Positions 1-8,376 of a DNA stretch of 64,000 nt are shown here, one piece after another; the stretch's first letter is position 1; every line of letters starts with the position of its first letter. The DNA comes from a bacterium (GTDB lineage: Bacteria; UBA8248), in NCBI GenBank assembly GCA_965203325.1, contig OZ241875.1:768001-832000 (forward strand), written 5' to 3'. The translations under genes and the position numbers were made by a program. The notes below the pieces were generated by a model. That model had not been told where the DNA came from and did not search any database. It saw only the letters and a program-made list of their open reading frames with translations.

Positions 1-345
1 TGGCACCAGCAGTCGACGGTTTTCGAATTGCTGCTGAACAGAAAGAAGTGGGACGCGCTCACCGACACCCAGCGGGCGCAGATTGAGGTGTCGTGCGGCG
101 ACGCGTTCCGCCAGGGGCTCGCCGAGGGCGAGGCCATTCAGGGCAAGGCTTTGGCCGAACTCAAGAAGAAGGGCGTCAACATTCATCGCTGGCCCCAGTC
201 GATCCTGGACACGCTCGAAAAGAAATGGGCCGAAGTCGCCGCTGCTGACGCCGCGCGCGACGCGACCTTCAAGAAGGTATGGGAATCCTACAGCGCGTTC
301 CGTAAGGAATACGCGATATGGAAGGATCTCGGATACTTAAGGTAA
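1..345 (+). CDS. dctP: TRAP transporter substrate-binding protein (TakP/DctP-like), 3' part only
   Basis: Open frame from the window edge (WHQQSTVFELLLNRKKWDAL...); directly upstream of dctQ/dctM; resembles the C-terminus of the DctP at 59952-61067. Confidence 0.85.
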   Translation, partial: WHQQSTVFELLLNRKKWDALTDTQRAQIEVSCGDAFRQGLAEGEAIQGKALAELKKKGVNIHRWPQSILDTLEKKWAEVAAADAARDATFKKVWESYSAFRKEYAIWKDLGYLR

Positions 346-388
346 TGCCCATGTGACGGCGCTCAGCCGTCTCGCTTGAAATACCCAC

Positions 389-429
389 AGGCGCCGGAGC
401 CGTAACGGTCACGGTTCCGGCGCCTTTTT
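389..429 (+). terminator. Intrinsic terminator/stabilising hairpin between dctP and dctQ
   Basis: AGGCGCCGGAGCCGT-N7-ACGGTTCCGGCGCCT followed by TTTT. Confidence 0.7.
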
Positions 430-454
430 CGCGTATGTTGCGCCGGAAAGCCTA

Positions 455-1036
455 TTGATGCGGCAACTTTTTCGAATACAAGAGTTTCTGGCCCGAATCG
501 TGACTGCCGTCGGAAAGATCAGCGCCTGGCTCTCGATTCCGCTGATGGTCGTTATCATCTTCGACGTCGTGACCCGGCGCTTCCTGGTGCTGGGCTCGAC
601 CAAGCTCCAGGAAGGCGAATGGCACCTCCACGCGGTTCTCTTCCTGTTGTGCATCGGTTTCACCTATATCGAGGACGCCCACGTGCGGATCGACCTGCTC
701 CGCGAACGGCTGAGTACGCGCGCCAAGGATTGGGTCGAGTTAATCGGCTGCATCGTGTTCGTGATCCCCTACTGCCTCATCGTCACCTATTTCGCCGAAG
801 ACTTCGTCGAGAGGTCCTGGGCCGTCGGCGAGGCCTCAGACTCCGCGACCGGTCTTCCCTATCGATGGGCGATCAAGGCGTTCCTGCCGCTCGGGCTCTT
901 TGTCCTTCTTCTGTCGGGAATCACCATCCTGCTGCGCAAGATCATCGAGTTGTTCGGCCCGGCGGATCTCCGTCAACTCCTCCCCAAAAAGGAAGAGTCC
1001 GGTACCGAACAGATCGACCGGATCGGGTCGAACTAG
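455..1036 (+). CDS. dctQ: TRAP transporter small permease
   Basis: About 4 TM segments, QEGEWHL and HVRIDLL motifs, operon position. Confidence 0.9.
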   Translation: MMRQLFRIQEFLARIVTAVGKISAWLSIPLMVVIIFDVVTRRFLVLGSTKLQEGEWHLHAVLFLLCIGFTYIEDAHVRIDLLRERLSTRAKDWVELIGCIVFVIPYCLIVTYFAEDFVERSWAVGEASDSATGLPYRWAIKAFLPLGLFVLLLSGITILLRKIIELFGPADLRQLLPKKEESGTEQIDRIGSN

Positions 1037-1048
1037 GAGCGCCTGCGC

Positions 1049-2410
1049 ATGTATATCGAGGATTACCTGCCGGCTTGCATGTTCATCACCCTGGCGATCC
1101 TCCTGTTCTCGGGCTTTCCGGTCGGATTCGTTCTCGGCGGCGTGGGCCTCGCCTTCGGCTTCATCGGCATGTATTTCGAGGTCTTCTCCCAAGTCGAGTT
1201 CTTCAACCTCGTGCTCCGTATCTGGGGTTTCGCCGACAACCTGGTGCTGGTGGCGATACCGATGTTCATCTTCATGGGGACGATGCTGGAGCGCTCCGGC
1301 GTCGCCGCCAATCTCCTCTATTGTCTCCAGGTGGTGCTGAGGCGCACACCGGGCGGGCTCGCGCTCGCGGTCACGGTCATGGGGACCATCCTCGCGGCGA
1401 CGACCGGCATCATCGGCGCTTCGGTGGTGATGATCAGCCTGATGGCGCTGCCGGTCATGGTCGAGCGCGAGTACAACATGGAGCTCGCGACCGGCACCAT
1501 CGCCGCATCGGGCACGCTCGGCATCCTGATACCGCCCAGCATCATGCTGGTCATCATGGCTGATCTGCTCGGGCGCTCGGTGGGGACCCTGTTCGTCGCG
1601 GCCATCTTCCCCGGCTTGATTCTTTCCGGCCTCTACTTCGCCTACATCTTTACGAGGTGCATGGTGAACCCCGCCCTGGCGCCGCGTCTGCCCAAAGAAA
1701 TGGGTCCGCAAACATCGGGTGAACTGCTCCTGCTCTTGCTCAAAGGTCTGGTGCCGGCTGTGTTTTTGATCGTCCTGGTGCTGGGGTCAATCGTCGTCGG
1801 CTGGGCGACGCCTACCGAAGCGGCCGGGGTCGGCGCGGCCGGAGCGACCCTGCTCGCCATCGTCAACCGGCAACTGACCTGGTCCGTACTGAAAGACGTG
1901 GTCGAGCGCACCTCGCTCACCAACGCGATGCTGTTCTTCATTTTCGTCGGAGCGACCGCCTTCTCCTACGTCTTCCGCTCGCTCGGGGGCGACGACTTCA
2001 TCCAGGACGTGATTTACTCGGTGGGGACCAATCCCTGGTGGATCCTGATGATCCTGATGGCGGTGACTTTCATCCTCGGATTCTTCTTCGACTGGATTGA
2101 GATCACCCTCATCGTGCTTCCGGTGTTCGCGCCGATCCTCGCAGGGCTCGATTTCGGCGACCACCTGCCCAAGAGCGAGGTCATCTACTGGTTCTCGATT
2201 CTGATGGCGGTCAACCTGCAGACGTCTTTCCTGACGCCGCCTTTCGGCTTCGCATTGTTCTACATGAAGGGCGTGGCCCCGCCAGAGGTGCGTCTGCAAC
2301 AGATATATCGCGGTATCATTCCCTTCGTGATTCTCCAGCTCATCGGGCTGGGGCTGGTCATCGTCTTCCCCGAAATCGCCATGTGGCTGCCGAGGGTGCT
2401 GCTCGACTAG
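1049..2410 (+). CDS. dctM: TRAP transporter large permease
   Basis: GTLGILIPPSI, TPTEAA and QTSFLTPPFG motifs; AGGAG RBS. Confidence 0.95.
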   Translation: MYIEDYLPACMFITLAILLFSGFPVGFVLGGVGLAFGFIGMYFEVFSQVEFFNLVLRIWGFADNLVLVAIPMFIFMGTMLERSGVAANLLYCLQVVLRRTPGGLALAVTVMGTILAATTGIIGASVVMISLMALPVMVEREYNMELATGTIAASGTLGILIPPSIMLVIMADLLGRSVGTLFVAAIFPGLILSGLYFAYIFTRCMVNPALAPRLPKEMGPQTSGELLLLLLKGLVPAVFLIVLVLGSIVVGWATPTEAAGVGAAGATLLAIVNRQLTWSVLKDVVERTSLTNAMLFFIFVGATAFSYVFRSLGGDDFIQDVIYSVGTNPWWILMILMAVTFILGFFFDWIEITLIVLPVFAPILAGLDFGDHLPKSEVIYWFSILMAVNLQTSFLTPPFGFALFYMKGVAPPEVRLQQIYRGIIPFVILQLIGLGLVIVFPEIAMWLPRVLLD

Positions 2411-2798
2411 CGTATGGCCGCCTCCTCTGCTCCACATCCTGAACGCCTCGCAAATCGAACGATTCACCGGAGAGCCTGGCGTCTCGCCGCATAAACCGCG
2501 ACGGATCATTTTTCTTCCCCTGGGCGGGGGATTTGTTTAGACTTGGCTCCTGACTCCCTATCCCCACGGGGTTTCGGAGTCGCACCGCTACAGACAGGGA
2601 AGTTTCCCATGTTCGATGACCCTGTAAGCTCTCCGGATACCGAAACGAAGCGTCTCCTTCGCTTCCCGCTAAAGTTCGTCAACCTCTCCGGCACAACTCA
2701 ATACCACTCTTTCCGAAGCCCTCGGGCTTCCGTTCACCTCGGGTGGATATCGCCGCGACCTGCCGCCATTTCGGAAAAACCAGACGGGGGGTCTACCG

Positions 2799-3725
2799 TT
2801 GGACGACAACCATCATAAAATCCTGTTGACCGGCGCGACCGGATACATCGGGGGCCGGTTACGCCGCCGGCTCGAAGCCGAATCGCACGAGCTTCGGTGC
2901 CTCGCGCGCCGCCCCGAAGTCCTCGAACCACATGTCGCGCCGAGGACCGAGGTGGTGCGCGGCGACCTCTTAAAGCCCGCAACGCTCCCCGCGGCCATGC
3001 GCGGTATATCCACCGCCTACTACCTGGTTCATTCGATGGCGTCCGGCGGAGACTTCATCCGAGAAGACCGCGAGGCCGCCAAGGGGTTCGCATACGCGGC
3101 CCGGGCCGCAGGGGTTGAGCGCATCGTCTATCTGGGCGGGCTCGGAAACGAGGATGCGTTGTCCGACCACCTTGCGAGCAGGCAGGAAGTGGGCCGGATT
3201 CTCCGCGAATCCGGCGTGCAGACGATTGAACTGAGGGCCTCGATCATCATCGGCTCCGGAAGTCTCTCGTTCGAGATGATCCGGGCGCTGGTGGAGAGGC
3301 TGCCCGTCATGGTGACGCCTCGCTGGGTTCGCACGCTTGCCCAGCCGATCGCCGTCGAAGACGTCATCGATTACCTTGTCGCCGCTCTCGACGCTCCTCC
3401 GGGGCGAAGCCTCATCCTGGAAATCGGGGGTGCCGACCGCGCCTCCTACGGGGACATCATGGCGGAATACGCCCGCCAGCGGGGGCTGCATAGGCTGATG
3501 ATCGCCGTTCCGGTGCTCACCCCCCGTCTGTCGAGCCTGTGGCTCGCGCTGGTTACTCCCTTATACGCCCGGATCGGGCGCAAACTCGTCGAAAGCCTCC
3601 GCAACGAGACGACCGTGAGCGATACGACGGCTTTCGAGATGTTCGGCATCCGCCCGCGCGGTCTGACCGAAGCGATCCGGCGAGCGCTGGCCGCCGAAGA
3701 ACACGAGTTTGCGGAAAGGCGCTGA
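2799..3725 (+). CDS. Atypical SDR / NAD(P)H-binding oxidoreductase (YbjT-like)
   Basis: Rossmann TGATGYIG, AYYLVHSM, HLASRQEV and RASIIIGSGS motifs; TTG start uncertain. Confidence 0.85.
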   Translation: MDDNHHKILLTGATGYIGGRLRRRLEAESHELRCLARRPEVLEPHVAPRTEVVRGDLLKPATLPAAMRGISTAYYLVHSMASGGDFIREDREAAKGFAYAARAAGVERIVYLGGLGNEDALSDHLASRQEVGRILRESGVQTIELRASIIIGSGSLSFEMIRALVERLPVMVTPRWVRTLAQPIAVEDVIDYLVAALDAPPGRSLILEIGGADRASYGDIMAEYARQRGLHRLMIAVPVLTPRLSSLWLALVTPLYARIGRKLVESLRNETTVSDTTAFEMFGIRPRGLTEAIRRALAAEEHEFAERR

Positions 3726-3736
3726 CCCAAGGCGTC

Positions 3737-3766
3737 TTGACAAGCCCGCGCCCGCTTCCCTATAAA
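3737..3766 (+). promoter_or_regulatory. sigma70-type promoter for tRNA-Asn
   Basis: TTGACA-N18-TATAAA upstream of the tRNA. Confidence 0.55.
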
Positions 3767-3831
3767 CCCCTTACGCTTGGGAGCCGGCGCCGATTCCGGT
3801 AGAATGCCCACTCAAGCGAAACGCCTCTCAC

Positions 3832-3906
3832 TCCGGCGTAGCTCAACGGCAGAGCAATCGGCTGTTAACCGATGGGTTGTAGGTTCGAATCCTACCGCCG
3901 GAGCCA
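3832..3906 (+). tRNA. tRNA-Asn (GTT)
   Basis: Cloverleaf: acceptor TCCGGCG/CGCCGGA, D arm GCTC/GAGC, anticodon arm ATCGG-CTGTTAA-CCGAT, T arm GTAGG-TTCGAAT-CCTAC, discriminator G, encoded CCA. Confidence 0.97.
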
Positions 3907-3930
3907 GGATTTTCAGAGATCACCTCACCT

Positions 3931-4281
3931 TCAGGCCTCATCCGCCTTCGAGACGAAATCCGAGAGCGCCTCTTTCACGAGGGCGTTCATGCTCCGGCCG
4001 CGCAAGGCCGCCATACGTGCGAGTTTCTCATGCAGTTCCGCCCCCGGACGCACGTTGAAAGACCCGCTGTATGGCTTGTTCGGCTCGATTCCTTCCGCCT
4101 CGCACGTTTCCAGATAATCGTTCACCGAATCCTGAAACGATTTCTTGAGTTCCCTGGCGGTTTCGGCTTCGTATGTAATCAAATCCTGCACGTGGAGCAC
4201 CTTGCCGTGCAAGGTTTCGCTTTCCTCGTCATATTCAATGGATCCCTGATAATTCTTGTACCTCAAAACCGCTCCGATCAT
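3931..4281 (-). CDS. hicB: HicB family antitoxin
   Basis: YKNYQGSIEYD...LHGKV...DLITYE...SVNDYL...KPYSGSFNVR plus C-terminal RHH (SMNALV). Confidence 0.9.
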   Translation of the reverse strand: MIGAVLRYKNYQGSIEYDEESETLHGKVLHVQDLITYEAETARELKKSFQDSVNDYLETCEAEGIEPNKPYSGSFNVRPGAELHEKLARMAALRGRSMNALVKEALSDFVSKADEA

Positions 4282-4344
4282 CTTTGGCCCCTTTCCATCC
4301 TCGTGAGCAAATCTGATTCCCCGCCATTCCCCTTCAGGTGTATT

Positions 4345-4599
4345 TCACAACAAACCACCTTCCTCCAACTTCTTTCTTACCTCGCGTATGACATATGGCT
4401 TCAACTTTCCTTCGGCATGGGGCTGGTGAAGGAAAATCCGGGGAGCCAACGAATGAATGAACCTTCGCCGTGAGCCACCCATTCTTCCTCCCGTTGACTG
4501 CCGATAACCCAATCCCTCCAATAGCTGAACCAATTCGTTCCATGTAAAATTTTTTGGATTCTTCCTGAATTTATCCAGCAGCTTCTCGTGTTTGCTCAT
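4345..4599 (-). CDS. hicA: HicA family mRNA interferase toxin
   Basis: 84 aa; FTWNELVQLL..LGY, GGSRRRF, LHQPH, LKPY motifs; upstream of hicB. Confidence 0.9.
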   Translation of the reverse strand: MSKHEKLLDKFRKNPKNFTWNELVQLLEGLGYRQSTGGRMGGSRRRFIHSLAPRIFLHQPHAEGKLKPYVIREVRKKLEEGGLL

Positions 4600-4638
4600 C
4601 GGTCTCTTGTCTAAATATCACTGGCTCAAACCATTATA

Positions 4639-4703
4639 GCAACTGTCAATTAGTTGCATTATATAGGGCAAACCCCCAGAAATGCAACTATTTTTTCGTT
4701 GCA
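4639..4703 (-). promoter_or_regulatory. hicAB promoter with two palindromic operators
   Basis: Two GCAAC-N9-GTTGCA palindromes (4639-4658, 4684-4703) overlapping a minus-strand TTGCAT-N18-TATAAT. Confidence 0.65.
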
Positions 4704-4811
4704 ATAAGAAGTCGGGGTATAGATTATGAAATGATCACGGGCATGGGAGGGAAAAGACTTCCCAAGGAGTGGCATTCTTGATGGCAACTGCCCTTACCCG
4801 GCAATACCCCC

Positions 4812-6161
4812 TCAAACGCCGCTCTTCGCTTTTTCGAGGGCCGCGACGTTCATCGGGTGCGCGTTGCGGCGGCGCTTGTCGACGCGGATGCGCAGGCGCG
4901 CGGCCTCGGCGGGACTCAAACCGGCTTCCCGCAGTTCGCTCCGGCTGAACCCCTTGCCGGGCCGCCAGGCTCTGCGCGCATCTCTCACGAGAGGGAGGAG
5001 CCCATTTTCCGGGAAAGGGGGTTCCGAGGCTTCCTCCGGTTCTTCCAACGGCAAGTCGGCAGCCGCGTCGACGGCCTCCGGCTCGCTCTCCCGAGGCGTT
5101 TCCGGCTCGGAAACCGTCGCCTCCGCCACGCTTTCCTGAGAGGTTTCCGGCTCAGGGGCAGCCGCCTCCACGGCGTTTTCAACTACGTCCGTGACGTCCT
5201 CATGTTCCGAAACGACACCAAGCGTAGCGTCCGGCCCATCTTCATGAGGGACTGCAAGATCGGATGCAGTCTCCTCTACGACCTTCTCCTCGACAACCGA
5301 AACGGCTTCGTCCTGCTCTTCATCCGAATCGGCCGCATCCGGCGAATCAGCCGGTTCCGGCACGGCCAGGGCATCGAAATCATCGCCATATCCTTCAAGC
5401 GGCTCAGGCTCGCGAGATGGCACGGCCTCATCCACCGAACCACCCGGGATCGACGCCGCCGGAGGTTCGTCATCCTCCGCCGCGTCGGCATCGTCAATAA
5501 TACGCACCCCGCTATCTTCAGGAATCTCCGCCGCCACGGGCGCATATCCCCCCACGACGCTTTCGGCTGCGTCGGGGGCTTCCTCAAACTCAAGAGCGGC
5601 ATCGCCGATAGCTTCCGACTCGCTTTCTACAAAAACCTCAGGCTCTGAGTCCGGCGGCTCCCCGGCCTTTTCGGAAACGCGCGCGGCGGTCTCCTCATCC
5701 TCCCGAGGCGAATCGGCCGGTTCCGGCACGGCCAGGGCCTCGAAACCATCGCCATATCCTGCAAGCGGCTCGGACCCGCGAGGCATCCCGGCCTCACCCG
5801 GCGGTTCATCCGAGACCGGCGCCGCCAATGATTCCGGGGCGGGGGCATGGCCGCTTTCTGGCGCGTCCACCACGTTCGCCGGTTCCGCGCCTTGCGGTTC
5901 ATCGGAAGCCAGTAACTCCAACTCGAGACCGTATCCGCTTTCTGGCGCGTCCGTTTCGCCCGCCGCATCCGGGTTCGGCGTTTCACCGGAAGCCAACAAC
6001 TCGAAGTGAGAGCCGTAGCCGCTTTGCTCCGCCTCGTTCTCAGAATACGGAACGCCCGGTTCGATGGCCGTGGGAGGCGGCAAATCAAACCCCTCTTCTT
6101 CCGGCTTTGGAGGTGCAGATTCCTTGCGACGCCCGATGCGGCTCAAAAATTTTTTCTTCAT
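4812..6161 (-). CDS. Acidic low-complexity repeat protein with C-terminal ribosomal protein eL13 (L13e)-like domain
   Basis: 449-aa ORF, E/D/P/A-rich with internal repeats; C-terminus LLPLVRDARRAWRPGKGFSRSELREAGLSPAEAARLRIRVDKRRRNAHPMNVAALEK follows the eL13 pattern R.G[RK]GF[ST]..EL..AG[LI]....A..L.I.VD.RR......NV..L. Confidence 0.8.
   Translation of the reverse strand: MKKKFLSRIGRRKESAPPKPEEEGFDLPPPTAIEPGVPYSENEAEQSGYGSHFELLASGETPNPDAAGETDAPESGYGLELELLASDEPQGAEPANVVDAPESGHAPAPESLAAPVSDEPPGEAGMPRGSEPLAGYGDGFEALAVPEPADSPREDEETAARVSEKAGEPPDSEPEVFVESESEAIGDAALEFEEAPDAAESVVGGYAPVAAEIPEDSGVRIIDDADAAEDDEPPAASIPGGSVDEAVPSREPEPLEGYGDDFDALAVPEPADSPDAADSDEEQDEAVSVVEEKVVEETASDLAVPHEDGPDATLGVVSEHEDVTDVVENAVEAAAPEPETSQESVAEATVSEPETPRESEPEAVDAAADLPLEEPEEASEPPFPENGLLPLVRDARRAWRPGKGFSRSELREAGLSPAEAARLRIRVDKRRRNAHPMNVAALEKAKSGV
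5341..5771. repeat. Intragenic direct repeats in the eL13-domain protein
   Basis: 65-bp copies at 5341-5405 and 5707-5771 with 4 mismatches (EPL.GYGD.F.ALAVPEPADSP); also an 18-bp exact repeat at 5851-5868 and 5935-5952 (DAPESG). Confidence 0.9.
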
Positions 6162-6257
6162 GATGACACCGCCCTCTTTCGGAAAAACTCACGAGTCCAT
6201 AAACTATCGTCGAGTAAATACAGGGGCGGTAAGAGAGGCAAGAAAACTTACGGGTTA

Positions 6258-6287
6258 AGACTAACGATAACAAAGATTTGGTGTCAA
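6258..6287 (-). promoter_or_regulatory. Putative sigma70 promoter of the eL13-domain gene
   Basis: Minus-strand TTGACA-N18-TAGTCT about 100 bp upstream of the ATG. Confidence 0.45.
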
Positions 6288-6387
6288 GCCGCGCAAAAAC
6301 GAGCGCGTTGACGGGTATTCTCAATTATCCAAAACACGCGAAACCGGGAAGGCCGAGTGGGTGTCAATCGTTCAAACCGGATACGGG

Positions 6388-6705
6388 TCACCCGTCCTTT
6401 TGATGGATGGTTTGCAAGTCTCGATCGAGATCTTCGAGGTCATATTGGACCGGCGTTTTTCGGCTGCGCGCATAGTCCATCATCTCCCACAGGGAAACTC
6501 CCGCATCGCGCGCCGCCCGCGCAAGAGTGACCTTTCCATCCCCGTAGAGCCGGAAGTAATGCTCCAGCTTCCACTGCCGGACCGCGTTCGACAGCAGCCT
6601 TCGCAGGGTGGTCGAACGGTCGGACTGCTCCACATTCTCGATGAGTTCCAGTTCGCGAACCAGTTCCAGGGGGAGCCTCGCGCCTACCATGCGCTCTTTT
6701 TTCAT
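6388..6705 (-). CDS. UPF0175-family antitoxin-like protein (RHH + HTH)
   Basis: VGARLP...DRSTTLRRLL N-terminus; LYGDGKVTLARAARDAGVSLWEMM...Y.LEDLDRDL C-terminus; start may be 6705 or 6723. Confidence 0.75.
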   Translation of the reverse strand: MKKERMVGARLPLELVRELELIENVEQSDRSTTLRRLLSNAVRQWKLEHYFRLYGDGKVTLARAARDAGVSLWEMMDYARSRKTPVQYDLEDLDRDLQTIHQKDG

Positions 6706-6741
6706 ACGATGCAATCCACACAATCCAGGGGTTGTGAGTAA

Positions 6742-8376
6742 TTATTCATCCCAACTATCCACTGATGCCTCATGCTTGATCATTTCCATGACATTGATAC
6801 CAGAAGACATGACCTCGAATCCACTAGATGTGCGACCGCTCTCAAAAATCTGCTGCCAGAAGTCATTATTTTGCTTTCCGCCGAACACCGAAGAGGATAG
6901 ATCCTTGTTGACCCACAGTGGGAGGCGCTTCAAAGCATCAACAAAATTCTCGATATTCTCCCAACAAGTATCCGGGATCGTATATTGAAACAATTTACCT
7001 TCGGGTAGCGGCTTACCTGTAGCGATGAAATAATGCTGAATAATCTGGCTCACGTATCTCAACCAATTGTAAACAATCTCTTCTTTGGCCATTCGGAACG
7101 CGCGGAGGTGAGGCTCCGGGATGTCTTCTCCTTTTTGGATATTGTGTTCAATCCGTCGAGTGCCAAGTGAAGGCTCAAATTGTCCGATGAAAATCTTCTC
7201 GGCAATGACATTCATCAATCGGACTATCTGTTCAATTTCGAGATACCGTGGATTCGCCCCTTCTTCGAGCTTGAAATTAAACGGGGTAGTCAACAAATCA
7301 GCATGGATAAAAAACGAGTAGAAGGTTTTTTCGACTGTACTGTAACTCAGAGGCTTTTGGGTGCCCCGACCACCATAGTCAATATAGTCGCGTAGCTTGT
7401 TGTCGGGATGTCGTGTGATGCTGTTTCGAATCCAATCAATGACATACCTCTTCATTTCCCTGCTTTCGCCTTTGAAATGATTGACGAGATCCCTTTCCGT
7501 GAAACTCTCGTAATCTTCGTCTTTCCCACAATCACTTCGATAACGCTTCATTCTATCTTCCAACAGGGAACTACCGAGACTTCTCTGCACCGATTTGTCG
7601 AATGCGACTTGGCGCAGCGTCGTGCCTGCGTGAGTGTTCGCCGTCAGTAAGATATCGGTATCCGGATCGATGAACACTCGAACCGGTAGGCAACGAGTCC
7701 CCAAAAGTATTTGTGCAGCTGCTTTGTGTTGGCCGTCGAATATCTGAACTTTGGTCAGGTTGCCATTAGAAGTATCGAGCCATCCCAATGCGATATGAAG
7801 TTGTGGCATCTGCTTATGGAATTCCTCCACAATCTTCCTGAGATTCGCCCCAATTGGCCGTGGATTTATGTGGTTATCATGATGCAAGTACTCAATGGGG
7901 AGGTTGATGAATGTATAACGAAACCCTGACAGATCATCTTTATAGATCGGAAATGTAAGAATGTCGTTCTGGCCGAGATCAGAGAACGCCGTTTTCAATT
8001 TCTCTTCGTTAACAGTGACCGAAAGTTCATATTTAGCGCCACCATTCTCGCTAAGGACATCACCGAGGTTGGGAGAACGGTCTTCCGATATCGACTCCGA
8101 TATCCTATCAAAGGAAGCGAGGATCCTCGCTACACGAAGGTCACTGGCTTGTTTCGTCCGATTACACGAATCATGGGTGACGGCGAAGTTGCTCGGATCG
8201 TCTTTTCCGCCGACTTTGGTCGGCTCTACATGGTCGATATCAATATGGTTGCCATGGACATCGGGGTCAATCGCCTTCCCACAGATGAAACAATTGTTAT
8301 TTTGTGTTTTCAGAAGACGATTAATGAGTTCCCGGCGTTCCTCAACCGACAGTCTGTTGAGATAAGGTGATGGCAT
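6742..8376 (-). CDS. HNH endonuclease fused to a DGQH(R)/ParB-Srx-like domain
   Basis: CFIC...DIDHVEP...GG.D...N....HDSCN.TK at the N-terminus; INPRPI...IFDGQHKAAA...LPVRVF centrally; GGAGG RBS; visibly AT-richer than flanks. Confidence 0.8.
   Translation of the reverse strand: MPSPYLNRLSVEERRELINRLLKTQNNNCFICGKAIDPDVHGNHIDIDHVEPTKVGGKDDPSNFAVTHDSCNRTKQASDLRVARILASFDRISESISEDRSPNLGDVLSENGGAKYELSVTVNEEKLKTAFSDLGQNDILTFPIYKDDLSGFRYTFINLPIEYLHHDNHINPRPIGANLRKIVEEFHKQMPQLHIALGWLDTSNGNLTKVQIFDGQHKAAAQILLGTRCLPVRVFIDPDTDILLTANTHAGTTLRQVAFDKSVQRSLGSSLLEDRMKRYRSDCGKDEDYESFTERDLVNHFKGESREMKRYVIDWIRNSITRHPDNKLRDYIDYGGRGTQKPLSYSTVEKTFYSFFIHADLLTTPFNFKLEEGANPRYLEIEQIVRLMNVIAEKIFIGQFEPSLGTRRIEHNIQKGEDIPEPHLRAFRMAKEEIVYNWLRYVSQIIQHYFIATGKPLPEGKLFQYTIPDTCWENIENFVDALKRLPLWVNKDLSSSVFGGKQNNDFWQQIFESGRTSSGFEVMSSGINVMEMIKHEASVDSWDE

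Noticed and set aside
2540..2700. Glycine or cobalamin riboswitch on the minus strand (GGAGAG twice, GAAGGAG, CGGTGCGACTCCG)
   Set aside because: Lacks CTCTCAGG (glycine) and the GCCCCCGC.ACTGT/B12 box (cobalamin), and there is no downstream minus-strand gene
3885..3906. attL/attR prophage or ICE at tRNA-Asn
   Set aside because: No second copy of the tRNA 3' end was seen and there are no integrase or phage genes in the window
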